Below are positions 38,641-52,741 of a DNA stretch of 64,000 bases, in pieces. This DNA is from Camelus dromedarius. Taxonomy: Eukaryota. The DNA lies in assembly GCF_036321535.1 (NCBI RefSeq), contig NC_087436.1, forward strand, positions 80,230,001 through 80,294,000, given 5' to 3'. The notes beneath the pieces are model-generated. The model did no database searches. It saw only the letters and a list, made by a program, of their open reading frames with translations, and was not told the DNA's origin. Every line of letters begins with the position of its first letter. Position 1 is the stretch's first letter. A program made the translations under genes and the position numbers.

Positions 38641-40589
38641 TTTTGAAAGGAACAAATAGATATTTTAAAGATAATTTTTCAAATTACCAGAATCTCTTTA
38701 GTGTTATGGTATATAGTATAAAATCAGTTTTGACTGAAATAGGAACAGTGTATTTTTAAATATAATTCTCAAAGATTTAAGGACTCTTCCAAATACGAAA
38801 AGCATTTTTGCAAACAAAATTAAAAGTGGGAATATGATTTGAGTCTGCCAATTATACATACATTCACAATGGATATGAATGTTTTCGGTTGAAAATCTTA
38901 TTTAAAAAATATGTATTTCTCCTATTGGTTGACTTGGCTTTGTGCTGTGGACTATACCCTGTCTGTTCTTCCAACCACACCAACATAGCCAGCTTAAGCC
39001 TCCTGCAGCTCAGTCCAGTCCTTGGACTCTAGTATTCTCTTACTTTCCAAAAAGAACCAAACCAAAACAAAAACAACAGTAATAACTGCATGTCAGTAAT
39101 TTTTGCATATATAAATTATGACTGATTCTGGTGTTAGGGGAAATTTGACTGGAGCAAAATTAAGGCCACATGACTATAACACATAAGGTATTAAAATGTA
39201 AGCAAATAACTACCTTAAGCATAATTACACTGACTTTCTCCTTTTTACTGTTACCATTATAGAGTGTGAGGACCCAAAGGGACTTGGAGCTCCAGCCCCC
39301 TACCGTTAGCAGTAAGGCCCCTGAGGCTGAAAGACTTGCCTGTGGTCAGCAGGAAAGCTGGCTCACCTGAGTACCAGACAGACCCTTTGCCCTTTGTCCC
39401 AAATTGTCCAATTAGCTCTGATTCAAAACCACTTCTTTTCTGTGAAAGGTCTCTCCTCACTCCTGGCAGGAAAACCACTTTTAAATTGTCATTTGTCTTT
39501 ATTTTACTTTCTACAGTCATTTTAGAGAATGTTGGCAACTGTTTTTAATGGTTTGATTTTGTTCCACTATTTAACGTGAGCCTCATTTAACTATATAGCC
39601 CTCCTGGTTATTTAGCTCTTAGAATTTGTATGAAATCCTTTTGGCCAAGATGGAATGGCATCCTTATGTAGTTTTCAAAGCTTAGTAAATATCTACACTC
39701 TACAATGTTTATCTTTTAAAACATTATTTATAGTCTGCACAAAAGTACAGCATAATACTTATCAATTTTCACTTTACAGCAAAGATTATCAATAAACTAC
39801 GAAAAAATACTTTTTAAAGGGACACGACATAATCTGTTACAATAGCTCCCCCTAGCGAACAGTTCCACTATTATTTTCTGAACACCCTTTAGGGCTGTTT
39901 TAATCTTGGTTATATAGTTTCTAGAAATTTTCTTTCTACCATACATAAAACAGAAGTTATGCCACCAAATGATTGTTTCAGTTCCAAATGCACTCAAAAG
40001 ACTTATAAAATGAAGAATGGTTTTCTACTAGAAAAGAATAATGTTACTTTTTTTCATTCAACTTGAAACAGTAAAAATGAAAAAGAACAAACAATCCAGC
40101 AAATATAATTTTGACAGTAACAACTGATTTACTGAGGATTCACTTTGTGCTATGTATCCTGCTCAGCACTTACACAGGTTATTTAATGCAATCCTGGTAT
40201 CACTTTATGCTGTTAATACCATTACTACTCTCATCTTACAGGTGAAGAAACTTAAGTCTGTGGCCAAAGGACATACAGCTAGCTCATGACAGCTGAACTT
40301 TGAATTCAGCTGACTCCTGTGACCATATGCTAAGCCACTACTGTATTCTGTAGACACAGGCACTGGATAACTTATTGCCAAATCTGGTTTTCCTCATAAG
40401 AGCAAACTTGCTCACCAGATTATTGCATTATTTATCCATTCTATTTTGCTTATGTTACAGGGAGGCCCAAAGTCTTTCTGCCCCAGGGTTTTAATACCCA
40501 CTTCCTGCATTTTCACCCGAGTCTATAGCTTTACCTAGTTAAGAAGTAGTAGTAATTATTTCCAGGGCTGGGCCAGGACAGATAGAAGA

Positions 40590-42430
40590 TAATCCAGAAA
40601 CAGCTTATGTCAGAAAGTAAGGAAGTCCTCCAAATTAAAAAAAAAAAAAAAAAAGATAGGACAGGAACATGTCACAGGTGCTAGCTTGAGACTTCTGGGA
40701 CAATTTGAGCACCAAAATGATTCATTTTAAACCACTGAAGAATTAAGAATTCACGAGTTCATACTAATGTTAGATAGATAGATAGATAGGCAGACAGGTA
40801 AAAAGGGAGGGCTCTGGCTGACAGGAGAATGTGGAGCTCAGACTGGTAAATGTGGAAGGAGTACAGGAGTTAAAAATGATCGTTTTGCCACTATCACTGT
40901 AAGATTGAATCAGGCAAGAAATATCAATAGATTCCAAATCTAAAGAGAACTTTTGAGGAGGAACAGGGTATTTTCATGTATCTTCTCACCTACAGTTTAT
41001 GAGCTGCAAGAAAGGAAAAGTAAAATAGTAATTATTCTGTGGAGAAGAAAGATAACACCTTGATCTGGGAGTCAACTGTGCATCACTAATGGAAGAAATG
41101 TTCACGTACTGAGGTATGGGGAAATCACTCTGGCTTATGCATGAGTTAACTTGAATTTTATGCTGACTACAACCGCTTGTTTATGGCCTATCAAACATAC
41201 ATTGTACATCTGCTTTAATCATTAAAGAAAAGGGCGTGTTTACCAGAAGTAAAGAATGTCTTTGTTAAAAGTAAAGATGAAATGCCTCCCTTCCTGGGAT
41301 GCCAGTGCTGGTGTGCCTTCGGTGATGATACTTGGATCCTAGGTATCAAGGCCACAGGGACTTGCTGTGTACATGCTGACTTGGTTTTCTGTTTTCGGTT
41401 CTTCTGAATCCTTGAAGGAATATATCCCTGACTTGTTTGGTGTTCTTTGCTCTGACAAGGTATAAAACTGTGCTGAAAACCATGCTACTCTGGAGCAGTT
41501 CCTTGAAATTATCTGAGAGGCTGTCTCCCAGGCTATTGTCCTCAGTTTGGCTCAAATAAAACTCTTTTCTATTTCCATTATCGATTGCTTATTGTTATTT
41601 CTGTGGACACCACCAGTGGCGAATAGCTGGTCATCATGTGCCTCCAGATGTAAGACCCTCAGAGGAACATGTCACGTCTGTAGGATTCCAGTCGAGAGTG
41701 CGTAACCTGAGTGCAACCACAAGGAAACATCAGAAAAAGACAAAACGATGAATGTTCTGCTCTTTTAAAGGGGGAGAGTATATTCTTTGAGATAGTCAAA
41801 ATCATAAAAGACAAAGAAAGGCTGTGGAAACAATCCAGATGAAGGAGGCTAGAGAGAGTGACCACTAAGCGTAATACCTGTCTCCAGACTTCATTCTGTG
41901 TGGGAGGGGGAAATGCTACAAAGGGCATGAATGGGTCCACTACCAAAAATGAAGTATCAGTGGGAAGTGATGAAAGTATCGTAGCAATGTGAACTCACTG
42001 AACTTGAGCTATACTGTGGTTATGTAACGTAATGCCCCTAATGTTAGGGAGTATACACGGAAGTAGCCAGGGGAAAAGAGTGGTGATGTATGTGATTTAC
42101 CCTCAAATGGTTCAGAAAAAGGGGTGTGTGTGTAGATACATATTGTTTAATGGGCACATAGTTGTACTTATTGGTATTGCGAGATGAAAAGAGTTCTGGG
42201 ATGGATGGCGGTGATGGCAGCACAACGATGTGAATGTACTTAATATCACTGGACAGTGCACTTAAAAATGGTTAAGGTGGTAAATTTAGTTATGAGTATT
42301 TTACCGCTATTTTAAAAAATTTACGTACATATAGAAAGAGAGTACACAAATGATAAAGCAAATGGGGTAAAAAGTTAATAGGTGAATTTGGGTAAAGGAC
42401 ATTTGTGTATTCTTTGCACTATTTTTATTC
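40590..42430 (+). mobile_element. Old L1 (L1MC/MD-like) 3' region, split by a solo LTR and a younger L1 end
   Basis: ttatgtcagaaagtaaggaagt...tcaaaatcataaaagacaaagaaaggctg...; L1MB-like end at ~42140-42320. Confidence 0.7.
41087..41609 (+). mobile_element. ERV1 solo LTR
   Basis: t(a)atggaagaaatgttcacg...TATAAAA...tctgagaggctgtctcccaggct...AATAAA...gtggaca; near-TSD tcac/ccac. Confidence 0.85.
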
Positions 42431-42469
42431 TGTTTTTAATTTAGTTTTTATATTGTTTTAAACTTCTTT

Positions 42470-42615
42470 AAAAAATTGTATTTAATCAGTCTTTTTGGGG
42501 TTGGGGGCTACAATAAAGTTTTTATTTATTTATTTTAATGAAGGTACTGAAGATTGAACCCAGGACCTCGTGCATACTAAGCATGGCACTCTACCACTGA
42601 GCTATACCCTCCTCC
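42470..42615 (-). mobile_element. tRNA-derived SINE (camelid vic-1-like)
   Basis: Minus reads gagggtatagctcagtggtagagtgccatgcttagtatgcacgaggtcctgggttcaatc plus AT/C tail. Confidence 0.9.
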
Positions 42616-44304
42616 TCTATTTTTATTACGGTATTTTTTTGAAAGCTTGAAATTTTTCCAAATAAAGTTTTATACGTAAATAAAGTAAAGGTGGCCCGTC
42701 CCAGGCACCTGGCAGCTCCACCTTCCTCCAGCGCAGAGCCTTCACCGTGAGCGGCAGGGCCGGCCTCTGGGACCTGCCACCTGCGCCCAGCTCCTGTGCA
42801 TCTGGCTGGACCTCTGCAGTAGGCCTTTGCTTCAAAGGCCTCTGGCATGAGGCTTAGATGACTTTAGTGAACTGACTGGCTCCCTGGGGCCTGGGTGAGC
42901 TCAGGGTGGGAGGTAAAGAGCACTGGAGAAGGAGCAGAGGAACTGTGGCATTGAGTCGGCTCCACAGATTAGCCGTGTGGTCAGCGAGCGTCCCAGCACC
43001 TCTGGGGGACGAACGCTCTGACCTGGAATTTGCCTCAGGTCCTTCCAGTGTTACGGTTTTATGTTTTACATCTACACTTCTCAGAACAGGGCCGCCGATC
43101 AAGCAAGATCTAGTGAGACAGCCACTGAGGATGTGAAATCTTCCACGTGTTACTTTTCCTTCTTGTGACTTAACTTTTGGTATATGTCATGTGGCATTCT
43201 AGGCAAAGGAGAGATAGGGTGAGAGTGTGTGTGTGGAGAGAGAGAGAGAACAAGAGGTTAGAGGAGGGGAGGGGAGGGAAGACAAAGACGGTGTTCTTTC
43301 TATCAGGAAGAACGACACATACCAATGATGACATTAAAAATCTGTAGCATCGACTCACAACTAAAATGCCTTTCATTTTGTAAAATGCTACGCAGTTTGG
43401 AAGTAATTCCAAATCCATGTTCTCGTTTTCTCTTTCAAAGAACTCTGTGAGACAATAAAGTCAAAGCAATGTTATCCTCATTTTAAAGATGAGTAAACTG
43501 GTTCACAGGTGAATGACCAACTTATATTTAAAATATTTATGATATTTTAAGCAAAATGTAAGGGACATAAATCTCTTCCTGATGATTCTGGACCTTTTAG
43601 AAACCAAATGCTCTAAATAACCTATGTGGTCGTAACTGTTTACCTTGGAGGCTACTTAGCTGTGTAAAGCTTTCTGCAGCTAATCTATAGGACGGTCCCT
43701 CACCCCTTCCCTGCAGTCCCAATGGCTGAGTCCTGCTGGAGGAAGCTGCTGATTCTGTAAATTCAAGGTCACCAGCTAGGCTGTCTGACTATCCCACAAT
43801 TACCTATAATCTTGATCCTACTTCCATTTTCACCCTCCTCTTTCAAACCACTGAAATCTGCCACCTCAGCCAACCCACGAAACAGCTTTTGCCGCAGTCA
43901 CCTGCAAGCAACCACCTTGACTGATCAATCCAGTGACTACTTTCAGTCCTTATGTTACTTGATTTCTCTACGCCATTTAACTGATTACCACTCCATTCTT
44001 TTCTGAAATCATCTTTCCCCCTAGTTTTCGGGTGTCTAAACTTTACTGATCTTTCTATTTCTTCTATTATTCTTTCTCCATATCCTTGGAGGAAAAGGTC
44101 TTTTTTTTTTCTGTGTTTTGGTTTTGCTCTTTAAAAAAATACAGTGTTGTTTGTTTTGTTTTGTTTTTAACTGTTTAGCTATTGTTATCAATTCTCACAG
44201 ATATAATCGGGTGAGAAGAGAAAGAAAAATGGAGTTAAGCCCAGGGGAAAAAGAATGGGCCACAGGTCAGAAGAAAATATTATAAATACTTCGTCCAAAA
44301 ATGG

Positions 44305-45019
44305 TGTACAGGACCAGCTGTGACCTACCTCCCCTTGTGCTGAGTACTTACCAGCGAGCTCAGAGACAAGTGCCTTGATTTGAAGTAACAGTTGAAGGAG
44401 GCCTGTTTTGGCAGGTGCTGCTTTACTTGAAAGTGAACCCGTGAGTAATGAGTCAAATCTACTTCACCTGCCTTCACTAATCAAGTTTGTTTCAAGACTT
44501 GCATGTCCTCCAAGCGTCTTGTAGCCTAAACCATAAGATGGTTGCCTGCGTTGCTTTCCAGGTATTGAAGCCAGCTGTTTCTAGTTCTAGCTGCGCTGGT
44601 TAAGACTAGATAGGACCACCTGCTCTATAACTGGGTGTGCACCAGTGTCCACTTGGTGAGCTTTTTGATGTCAGAGGGTTGAAAACTCCACCCCCAGATC
44701 AAACTAAGCATCTCCATTTTGAACGTGCAGAGGCCTGCGGCTTAGCTACACCTGGGCAGAACTAGGATTATGCACCTTTTCTTAATCATCTTTCCCCAAG
44801 CTTCCTATGCTCCCCACACCTCAGACCACCCTGCTTCTTTATTCTTCATGCTGCAAACACTCCAGCCCCTTACCTTCAGGCAGAAGTGTCTGTAACTGGT
44901 TCTCCTGTCTCCTCGTTTGGCTGCCTTGCAAATAAATCCCCTCTTTGATGCTAAACTTTGGTGTCTCACCATTTTGGCTTGCTGTGTGTCAGGTAAAATG
45001 AACAAGGAATCATTCAACA
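44305..45019 (+). mobile_element. ERV1-type solo LTR
   Basis: TG...CA termini, AATAAA at 44931-44936, typical R/U5 tctcctgtctcctcgtttggctgccttgc. Confidence 0.7.
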
Positions 45020-46349
45020 ATCACTGCTGTGCTAGATGCTGGCAGTTTCCAGATACATCTACCCTCCAGGAGCTGAGTGTCCAGTGGGGAGACAAAGACA
45101 TAAAGAGACGCCCGAGCATGATATCAGACAGCAGTATGTCCCGAGACAGCAGTGGGACGGATGAGGCCCTCTTCCCTTGTCCAGATGGGCCACATGGACA
45201 TGAAGCCTCTGCTTTGAGATGAGGATGAATGAAGGCTTGACCATGTGGGAATGGAGTGTGATTAACTCAGGCTTCTGCACCTGAGATTCATAAAAGACAA
45301 GTATACATATATTCTTGGGGTTGTGGCATGGGAAACTGGTGATAGATCTGAAGGGCATGACAGAGGGAAATGTTTGTTCTATGTAGTGTTTTGAAGCAGC
45401 AGGGCATCATGCTTCTCAAAGGGGGTTTCTCTGGAGTGTGTGGGACCATGCCAAGAGGTCTCAGGAGCCCCAGTAAAATGGCACATCTTCAAGGACACTT
45501 TAATACATTTTTATATTCAAATATATGTAATAGATTAGCAAGTACATATGGAGTTTTTAAGATAAACTGTAGGAGTTTAAAAAAATCTCACTAAGTACTT
45601 CCAAGTTGTTCTGTCACCATCCCTGGAAGAAGGCATTTCTTTGCTTTTATAGGCAAGTCCCCGATTGTTAGCGAAGTTAGGAGACATGCAATTAGGTAGG
45701 CATGGTTGATACTTGGGTACTTTGTGCCTGTTTTTTGTTTTTTTTTTTTAATATCAACACATCAGTTTCCTATTTATGTTAAATCTATTTCTATTGCCTT
45801 TCTTCCATTTCTTTTTTGCTTATAAGGCCTTTCATGCAGAGATCAGAGATGTAGCCGTTACTGACCATCCCAAGTCAGTCCCCAACAAGGCCCCTTCTGC
45901 CTGGTGTCCTTTGGCCAATAAAACGAGACAGTTTGCTTCAGAAGTGAAGGAAAGCTCCGTTCTTTGATCAGAGAATGGAGAGGTGCGTGCTCGCAGGCCA
46001 GAGCGCATGCTCCCCAGGACAGGCCGCGGGCGGGGCTGCTTTACAGGGATCGGCTCAGCCGCGGGGAGGGGCGGCGTTCTCGGTCCCCGTCTCGCAGGGC
46101 AGTGCGGCTGCGCCACCCACGCGGGCATCACAGTGCTGGGCGCAGCGTGTCTGCACTCGGCCCCCAAGCTGAGGTGTCGGGCAGCTGTTTCGCACCAGGA
46201 ACTCTGGGCTGAAGTGCCAGGTGCAGGCTCTGCACGCGGCCTCCTATGAGCAAGTGAAACTAGACGAAGCACAAAGGAAAAGGAAAAAAAAAAAAGGTCA
46301 GATTTTATTATATTATCTAGATTCTATTCTTATTTCCTGGGAATTGTTA

Positions 46350-48300
46350 AACGGACTTTGCTGGTGACAGGTCCCCCTCCTATCTTTTGTCCTGCTCCTC
46401 GTCGAGGGATGCTGAGGGGTGAAGGTTCGTCTTCTGTAACTATCTCCTGCTGAGTTTGGGCATCATCACAACTGCAGGTAGAGCAGCAGAACTTCTCCCC
46501 GGCTGCCTTTGCTGATGTTTGATTGTCCCCAGGCCTTGGCCCTAGCCCTGTGCAACCGCCATTTTAAGTTTTATAGGTTCTAACCTTTTGGAGACAAAGG
46601 ACCCAGATAAGTTAAGATACATGGCCCAAATATCAACAAAAGAAAAATGGTCACATGTCAAGTTTTTCCTAAAGATGAAGGAATCGCGGACTTTTCCTGC
46701 AGGCAACTGTGAATGTGCCCGATGTGGAGGCTCACTGCCTCGGCTGAATCTCCCTGGTCATACTCAGGTTGTTTTCAAAAGAGAAGCTTCAGGTCAGAGA
46801 GATGTTCACATGAGTAGTTAAGGGGGTCCGTTGCCCCAGGTTGTGTCTCTGGAGGTTGGAGCTCGGGGGTCCTCTTCACTTGAGTGTGAGGTCCCCATGG
46901 AGTGATCCCTGCAGCTTCAGGGCAGCATGGCTGGTTAGGATCAGCAAGTGGGGTCTGTTCCGCTTAGGAGTGAGCTGATGCTGAGGGCTGCCAAGGGTTT
47001 TCAGGTTTTTGGGTTTTTGTCTCCTGGCTGGAAGGGACCGAGGGCCAGGTTGGTAGGAGTGGGCAGGACCTGGTCGCCATATTCTGTGAGAGCTTTCATG
47101 ATTTCTCCTTCACGGAGGCCATACTTGAGTTGTTTCATTTCAAGGGGGTTAAGGTGTCCCTTCTCTTGGGCTTGGGAAATGGGTCTACCATACATGAGTT
47201 CAAACACACTTTAACTTATCTCTGGGGTCTAACTGTGTGACGGGCAGAGAATCTTACTCCAATTTTCTTGAGTTTCCTGACATAGCTTGGCTAAGGCCCA
47301 TTTCAAGGTCTGATCGAATCTCTGTTTTTCCCTATGATTGGGGTCTCCAGGCTGAGTGCAAAGTCCGTTTTAATGCTCTGCAGTAAGCATACCTCTTTCC
47401 TTTCAAATAGCTCCTATGTGTGTAGGATGGCACATCCATACTGCAAATCTGTGTGAGTATTTAAGATCTTCCCTGGCCCAAGCTCTAAGGCTCAGGTGAG
47501 GGCTATTAGCACTGCTTTTTGGGCAGAAGTTCCTGGGGGTAGGCGTCTTGCTCCCAGGACTTGGGCCAGGGAGGCCACTGAGTATCTCACAAGCCCTTTT
47601 CCCTGTCTCGTAAAGCTGCTTCCTTCCTTAAACCGCTTCTCTTCAGCATTTAAGACTTCCCAGGTAGGGATAACTGGAATAGATCATATCTCTGGTTTCT
47701 GTACACTCATGCTCCAGGGGTCCCATTTCTGTGAATAGCAGAGTGGCAGGATTTAGCACGTGACAGGTTTATATGGTAGCCACTGGGTTGTCCAAAAGCA
47801 TGGCCTGAACTTGAATCAACTTTCCAGTGGATAATCATTCTGTTCTGTTAGAACTTGCTGAAGCCCCAACCTGGTGTGGAGTCCATGTACTGACTGACTG
47901 ACCAGATGTTTGCTCTTCAGCCCCCCTTAGCAGGGTTGTAGTAGCTGCGACTGCCTGTAAGGTAAGGAGGCCACTCCCTGGTAGTTTGACCTAATTGTTT
48001 AGAGAGGTAAGCAACCACCTGGGTAAGGATTCCAGTTTTTGAGCTAATAGCCCAAAGGTGATTCCCTCCTCTCATGAATGTAAAAGTCAAAGGGTTTAGT
48101 TAAATCTGGGAGGGCCAGGGAGGGGCCTGAAGTAATTGCTTTTTCAATTCCTGAAATGACCCTCCTTATTCTGAATTCTATTCAAAAGGCTCATCAGCCT
48201 TTTCTCTCACCTTTCCACAATGAGGCCTCGCTATTAGGCTGTAGTTCGGAATCCAAATGCAGCAAAGCCAGGCCATCCCCAGGAAACCCCTAGGCTGTCT
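46350..48300 (-). mobile_element. Decayed ERV1 (gamma-like) provirus fragment: pol, env 3' end, PPT, LTR stub
   Basis: Minus translations: FLGMAWLCCIWIPNYSLIARP (RT thumb), LALPDLTKPFDFYIHE and VAYLSKQL (connection), AQKAVLIALT*ALEL..TD (RNase H), LHSAWRPQS*GKTE and FELMYGRP (integrase); PPT aaaagataggagggggac then TG at 46369. Confidence 0.9.
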
Positions 48301-49929
48301 TCTAGTTCTAGAACTAGGAGAAATACAGTGGTGATTTTCTGTATAGGAATATAGATAATCCAGAAAAATACCCTAACTAGATCTAACAAAGAGAAAAGCA
48401 GGACTTGACAATGGTGATGATGATGATGATAAGAATTTATCACAAGTATAAACAACATCACCACCATTATCACTATGGCTAGAATCCCAACACCTTAGTA
48501 GACACTGTTTTTTGAATTGCTTTATGCCCTATATATTGTTTACCTATGTCTTTATTGGGGAAAAAAAAACCTATGGAAAATAAAAACGGGAAAAAAGCAA
48601 AAGAACATTTTTAAAGATTATCAGGACTTCCCTGAAACCAAAAGATCATCCCCTACATTCCAAAAGTTCTACATTCAAAATCTACCACATGGATGCCAGT
48701 CTAGCCTGGTCAGTAGGATGCCAGTCACCATGTAAACTAAAGGTCATGTGAGAAACATGAAAGAATCAGGGATTTGGAACTAAAAGTAATGGATTGAAAA
48801 TACCAGCTCAACTATTTACTGGCTCTTGTTCTCACTGAACCTTAGTTATTCATCTTTAAAATGGGAATGATAGTAATCTCCACCTACACGGATGCCAACT
48901 GTGGCACATGGAGGTGGAAGAGCTTAGTAAACTGTAGCAGCCTGACTGTTAGTTGTTGTTGCTATTATTATAAGAACACTTTCACGGTAAAATGTTTCAA
49001 AGTCATGTAATCCTTACGTTCAGAATATTTTTCTTAAAACATACCTAAATTTCTCCTGTTTAAGTCCACTCTTCTTAGTGAAAATAAGTGGATCCATTCA
49101 ACATCACTCATGGAGCATCCACACAAAAATCACAGGCTAATGCTGGAAGGGAACCGGGCAATCAGTCCAGCCTTTTCATTTCACACTAGAGGAAATGACT
49201 GTCCATGGTGTTGAATCATTGGTCAAGAGGAAACAGCCAGTAGGGTGAGAGCCTGAACTGAAACTTAAGTCTCTGGACTCCAGGTCAAGGTCCACATATT
49301 ATCTAAAAAAGGAAAAAAAATGCCGTAATCGAAAGTAATCAAGACACCCTAGCTCCACATTATTGTTTATCAGACTGTGATCATTTTGTGTCTCTCTTGA
49401 AATACAAGTTCCTCAAGATGTTAATACATGTTATAAATAAAAGGGTTCTGGAGCTAAATTTATGAAACATTAAACAGGGTCATTTACAGAGACTTCTGAA
49501 AGCTTTGTACCAATATACTATTGACTATGAGAGAGCAGAATTTCCTAAAAACAAGTGACCGCAGGGCTCTTACTTGAGGACACAGACCCCAGAGCCAGGT
49601 GGCCCCTGTTCACGTGATACCTCTGGGAACTGCCACCTTGGACAAATTAACTTAATCATTTTGTGCCTCGGGTTCTGCATCTGAAAAGTTGAAGTAATGA
49701 AGTACCTACCTTATGCATTGCTAGGAAGATTCAAAGAGTTAACAAACGTAAAGTGTTTGGAACAGTACCTGGCTGCTAGTAAACACTAGAAAAGTATGTG
49801 CTATTGTTTTATCATATTGTTGTTGTTGTATTGTCGCTATTGTTATTCCAATGGTTATTTTAGAGGACTGCACGCTGACATCTCTGTGATCTAGATCACG
49901 TGTAGCAACTTGAGAAACTGTTTAAGGTC

Positions 49930-50087
49930 AGTGATTACCCAACCTGATGGATTGTCAAAGGACAGATTGCCAGCCCTCACACCTGAGCTTCTGATGTAAC
50001 TGATCTGCAATGGGGCCAAGGAATTTGCATTAATTTTAAAAGCACCTCAGAAGATTCTGATGATCACTCAGGTTTGGGATCCACTAA
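49930..50087. mobile_element. MER5-like hAT MITE
   Basis: cagtgattacccaacctga...tggggccaaggaatttgcatt...tcaggtttgggatccact; a second MER5-like piece at ~56225-56360. Confidence 0.65.
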
Positions 50088-50568
50088 TTATAACAATGCT
50101 ATTTCTGTACACTTCTCACTTATGGCCTGTATTTCAAAACTCTAGGAAATGTCTTCCCCTCAACCATGTGCAAACTTTGAAGACTTAAGGATTCAGGAGA
50201 GACAGGCTAGAAGCCCAGCATATCCAGTGGACTTGTCTGTGGCACCACTGAGCCAACTTGTCTATTAACAAACCACTTAAGTGTCGTAGTTGTTTACAAG
50301 GCAGCTAATAGGGAAATTTGGGTAAGGACTTCCAAAAGGGTTAGCCTGTCACAGTATAGAAAAGTACAGAGACGGGCAAAAAAAAAAAAAAAAAAAGAAT
50401 GAATGCATTTTACTGTTTGGAGACAGGGCAGCCTCCCTGCTGTACGTGTTATGACATTTTGCAATCCCAACAGCAGCAAGTGATAGTGACTTTCCCCACA
50501 GTCTCTCTCACACAACAAGACTCATTCTCTTGGATTTTTGCCTGTCAAGATGAAATGTGGCATGTCAC

Positions 50569-51043
50569 TGTGAACGAAAATAACTGCAACCATATCAGTA
50601 AACAAAGAATGCTGAAACCAAGTCATCAGCGGCTGCTACCACCCCCCAGTGAGGACAGACCTGCAGCCGGGCCTCTGCAGCCACTCACAATGGTGCAGTC
50701 TGAGGGGACTCAGAATAAGAAAGGACAGGATACTGGCCCTAGATAGCTAGGAGCTTGTCAATGGAATGAATTCAATGAGCCCAAATGTTTGCTTCCTCCC
50801 ATACATAGAAAAGCACTAAATTCTTTAACTTGAGATGCCTGGCTTTCTTTAGATAACAAGTAATCTTTTATTATTTCAACTACCTGGTCTTTGTTGTAAA
50901 GCTCCTATATATCCTAGCTCCTCCCCTACCTCTTTGGAGCAGTCCCTCAGAGCCATCTGAGAGGCTGTCATCCTGGCTCGAGTCGTCTCACCATATAAAA
51001 CATAACTCTCAACTTCCAGGCTGCGCATTTATTTCAGTCGACA
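50569..51043 (+). mobile_element. ERV1 solo LTR, MER41-like
   Basis: tgtgaacgaaaataactgc...tctgagaggctgtc...cataactctcaactt...tttcagtcgaca; near-TSD tcac/tcag. Confidence 0.8.
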
Positions 51044-52741
51044 TCAGTATAGTTTTAATTTGCATGGTCCTCACTTGCATGTTCTCTTCATAGGTTTAGG
51101 GACATTTATATTTGCTTTTCTGTAAACTATACAGCTTTGCATTACAAAAATTTGCTTTACACCACTTTGCTATTAGGGAAGACTTCCATTAACACTGGTT
51201 TTCACTAACCAAAAGAAATCCCAGGAGGATTTTCCCTTTTACAAAAAAAAGGCGGCAAAAATAGCATTCAGAGTTTGTTTTGCAGCCAGACATTATAGAG
51301 GCAGCGTGCACCCCTGGCCAGAGTGGCACCGCCAAGCTCCTTCCCTGGGAACTACGCTCAGCATCAGCCATTACAGCTTTGAACTGTGTCCGTGAGCATC
51401 TGTGCTTTATCTCAATTTATTTTGTGCATCCATCAGAAAGCTGTGCCCTAAAATAATTGCTTCTTCACTTTACATCATTTTGGCTTACTTACAAAAGGTA
51501 TCATTTTTTTTAAATGTTTCATAGGAATGCTCTACTTTCAGATAGCGAGGGAAACCTGTATTTCCTTTTTTGGGAGTGTAAGCTGTTTCATCGAAGTTCA
51601 TAAACCACTGAAAGAGTTAGAGGAAATAAAACAAAGTGTACCCATTTCCATGATCACGTGCCCTTCCTGTTGCTAAAGAAACCACAAGGTACCAAGGAGA
51701 TTAGCCATTTCTAACTGGGATAGAACAGGGTGCTCCCTGGTTCATGCCAAGAACAGCAATCAGCTTTTCTTCATCATTTAAACTAAAACATTGTGTTAAA
51801 TCCCCTTGTTTGGAAAAGTAGGAGATTTAGACTCCACCTTTAAGGAGTCTAAGTTATCTGTCATCCTTTTAAATGTTGGATGGGGAAAATAGATTGACTT
51901 GAACATGTTATCTTTTTCCACATGTCAACAAAGCAAAATGTCTAGATGCTTCAAAAGATTGGTTTCATACCATTATATTCTGTAAACTGAATAGGGCTAT
52001 TTAACATGTTGTGGAAATTAAGTTGATTGTGGTCTTTAGCCACTGACTTGATTAAAATTACTCTAATTCAAAAAATATTACCTATCTGCTAAGCATAATA
52101 TAGTTGTAAAGTTTGAAAACAATTGCCCTTGTTTAATTATATTATGTCAGTTATTTTGCTAATTACATTGCCCAGCAAAGTGAATACTTAGTTGTTAAAC
52201 TTTATGAAGGAGCATGTGTCACTTTAAAGCATAATTGGATTTGAACCCAATGTGGAAGAAGTTGCTAGTTTCAGGGGGTATGAAATTACTTTATCTTCTT
52301 TGGAGCTTACTAACTAGAAGGTACTTGAAAGTTATTGTATTGATTATAATACCATAAATAACTGTAAAATAATGGATTTTTTTTTTCCTGGGCGCACACA
52401 TATTTTTTCTCTTTTATTCCTAATGCATGGGTAAGCAAAAAGGATACTTTCATCCAGCTACTTACTCCATGTGGGCTCTCATCCAATAAAAGGGACATAG
52501 ACACTAAAGAATGATCATACAAAACACTAAATATATCATTTCCCATTAGCACAGCACACATCCTATTCCTGGTAGTGGAAATTAGGCCAGGCTAATGTGA
52601 GAACCCAATAATGAGAGCATAAAAATTAATACGCAGCTCTAAGATGAGTTTCCAGTTTCCAAGAATCAACCTAATTCTCTTTTTAATATGCTAACTGGTA
52701 GAAGAAGCTAGGAAGCTTTTGGTGAAAGAAGAAAGAATAGC

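Noticed and set aside
48691..48727. 11-bp direct repeat ggatgccagtc with a short spacer
   Set aside because: Only two short copies; not an array and plausible by chance or slippage.
50569..51043. MER41-like LTR as an interferon-inducible enhancer
   Set aside because: I found no TTCNNNGAA GAS motif in this copy.
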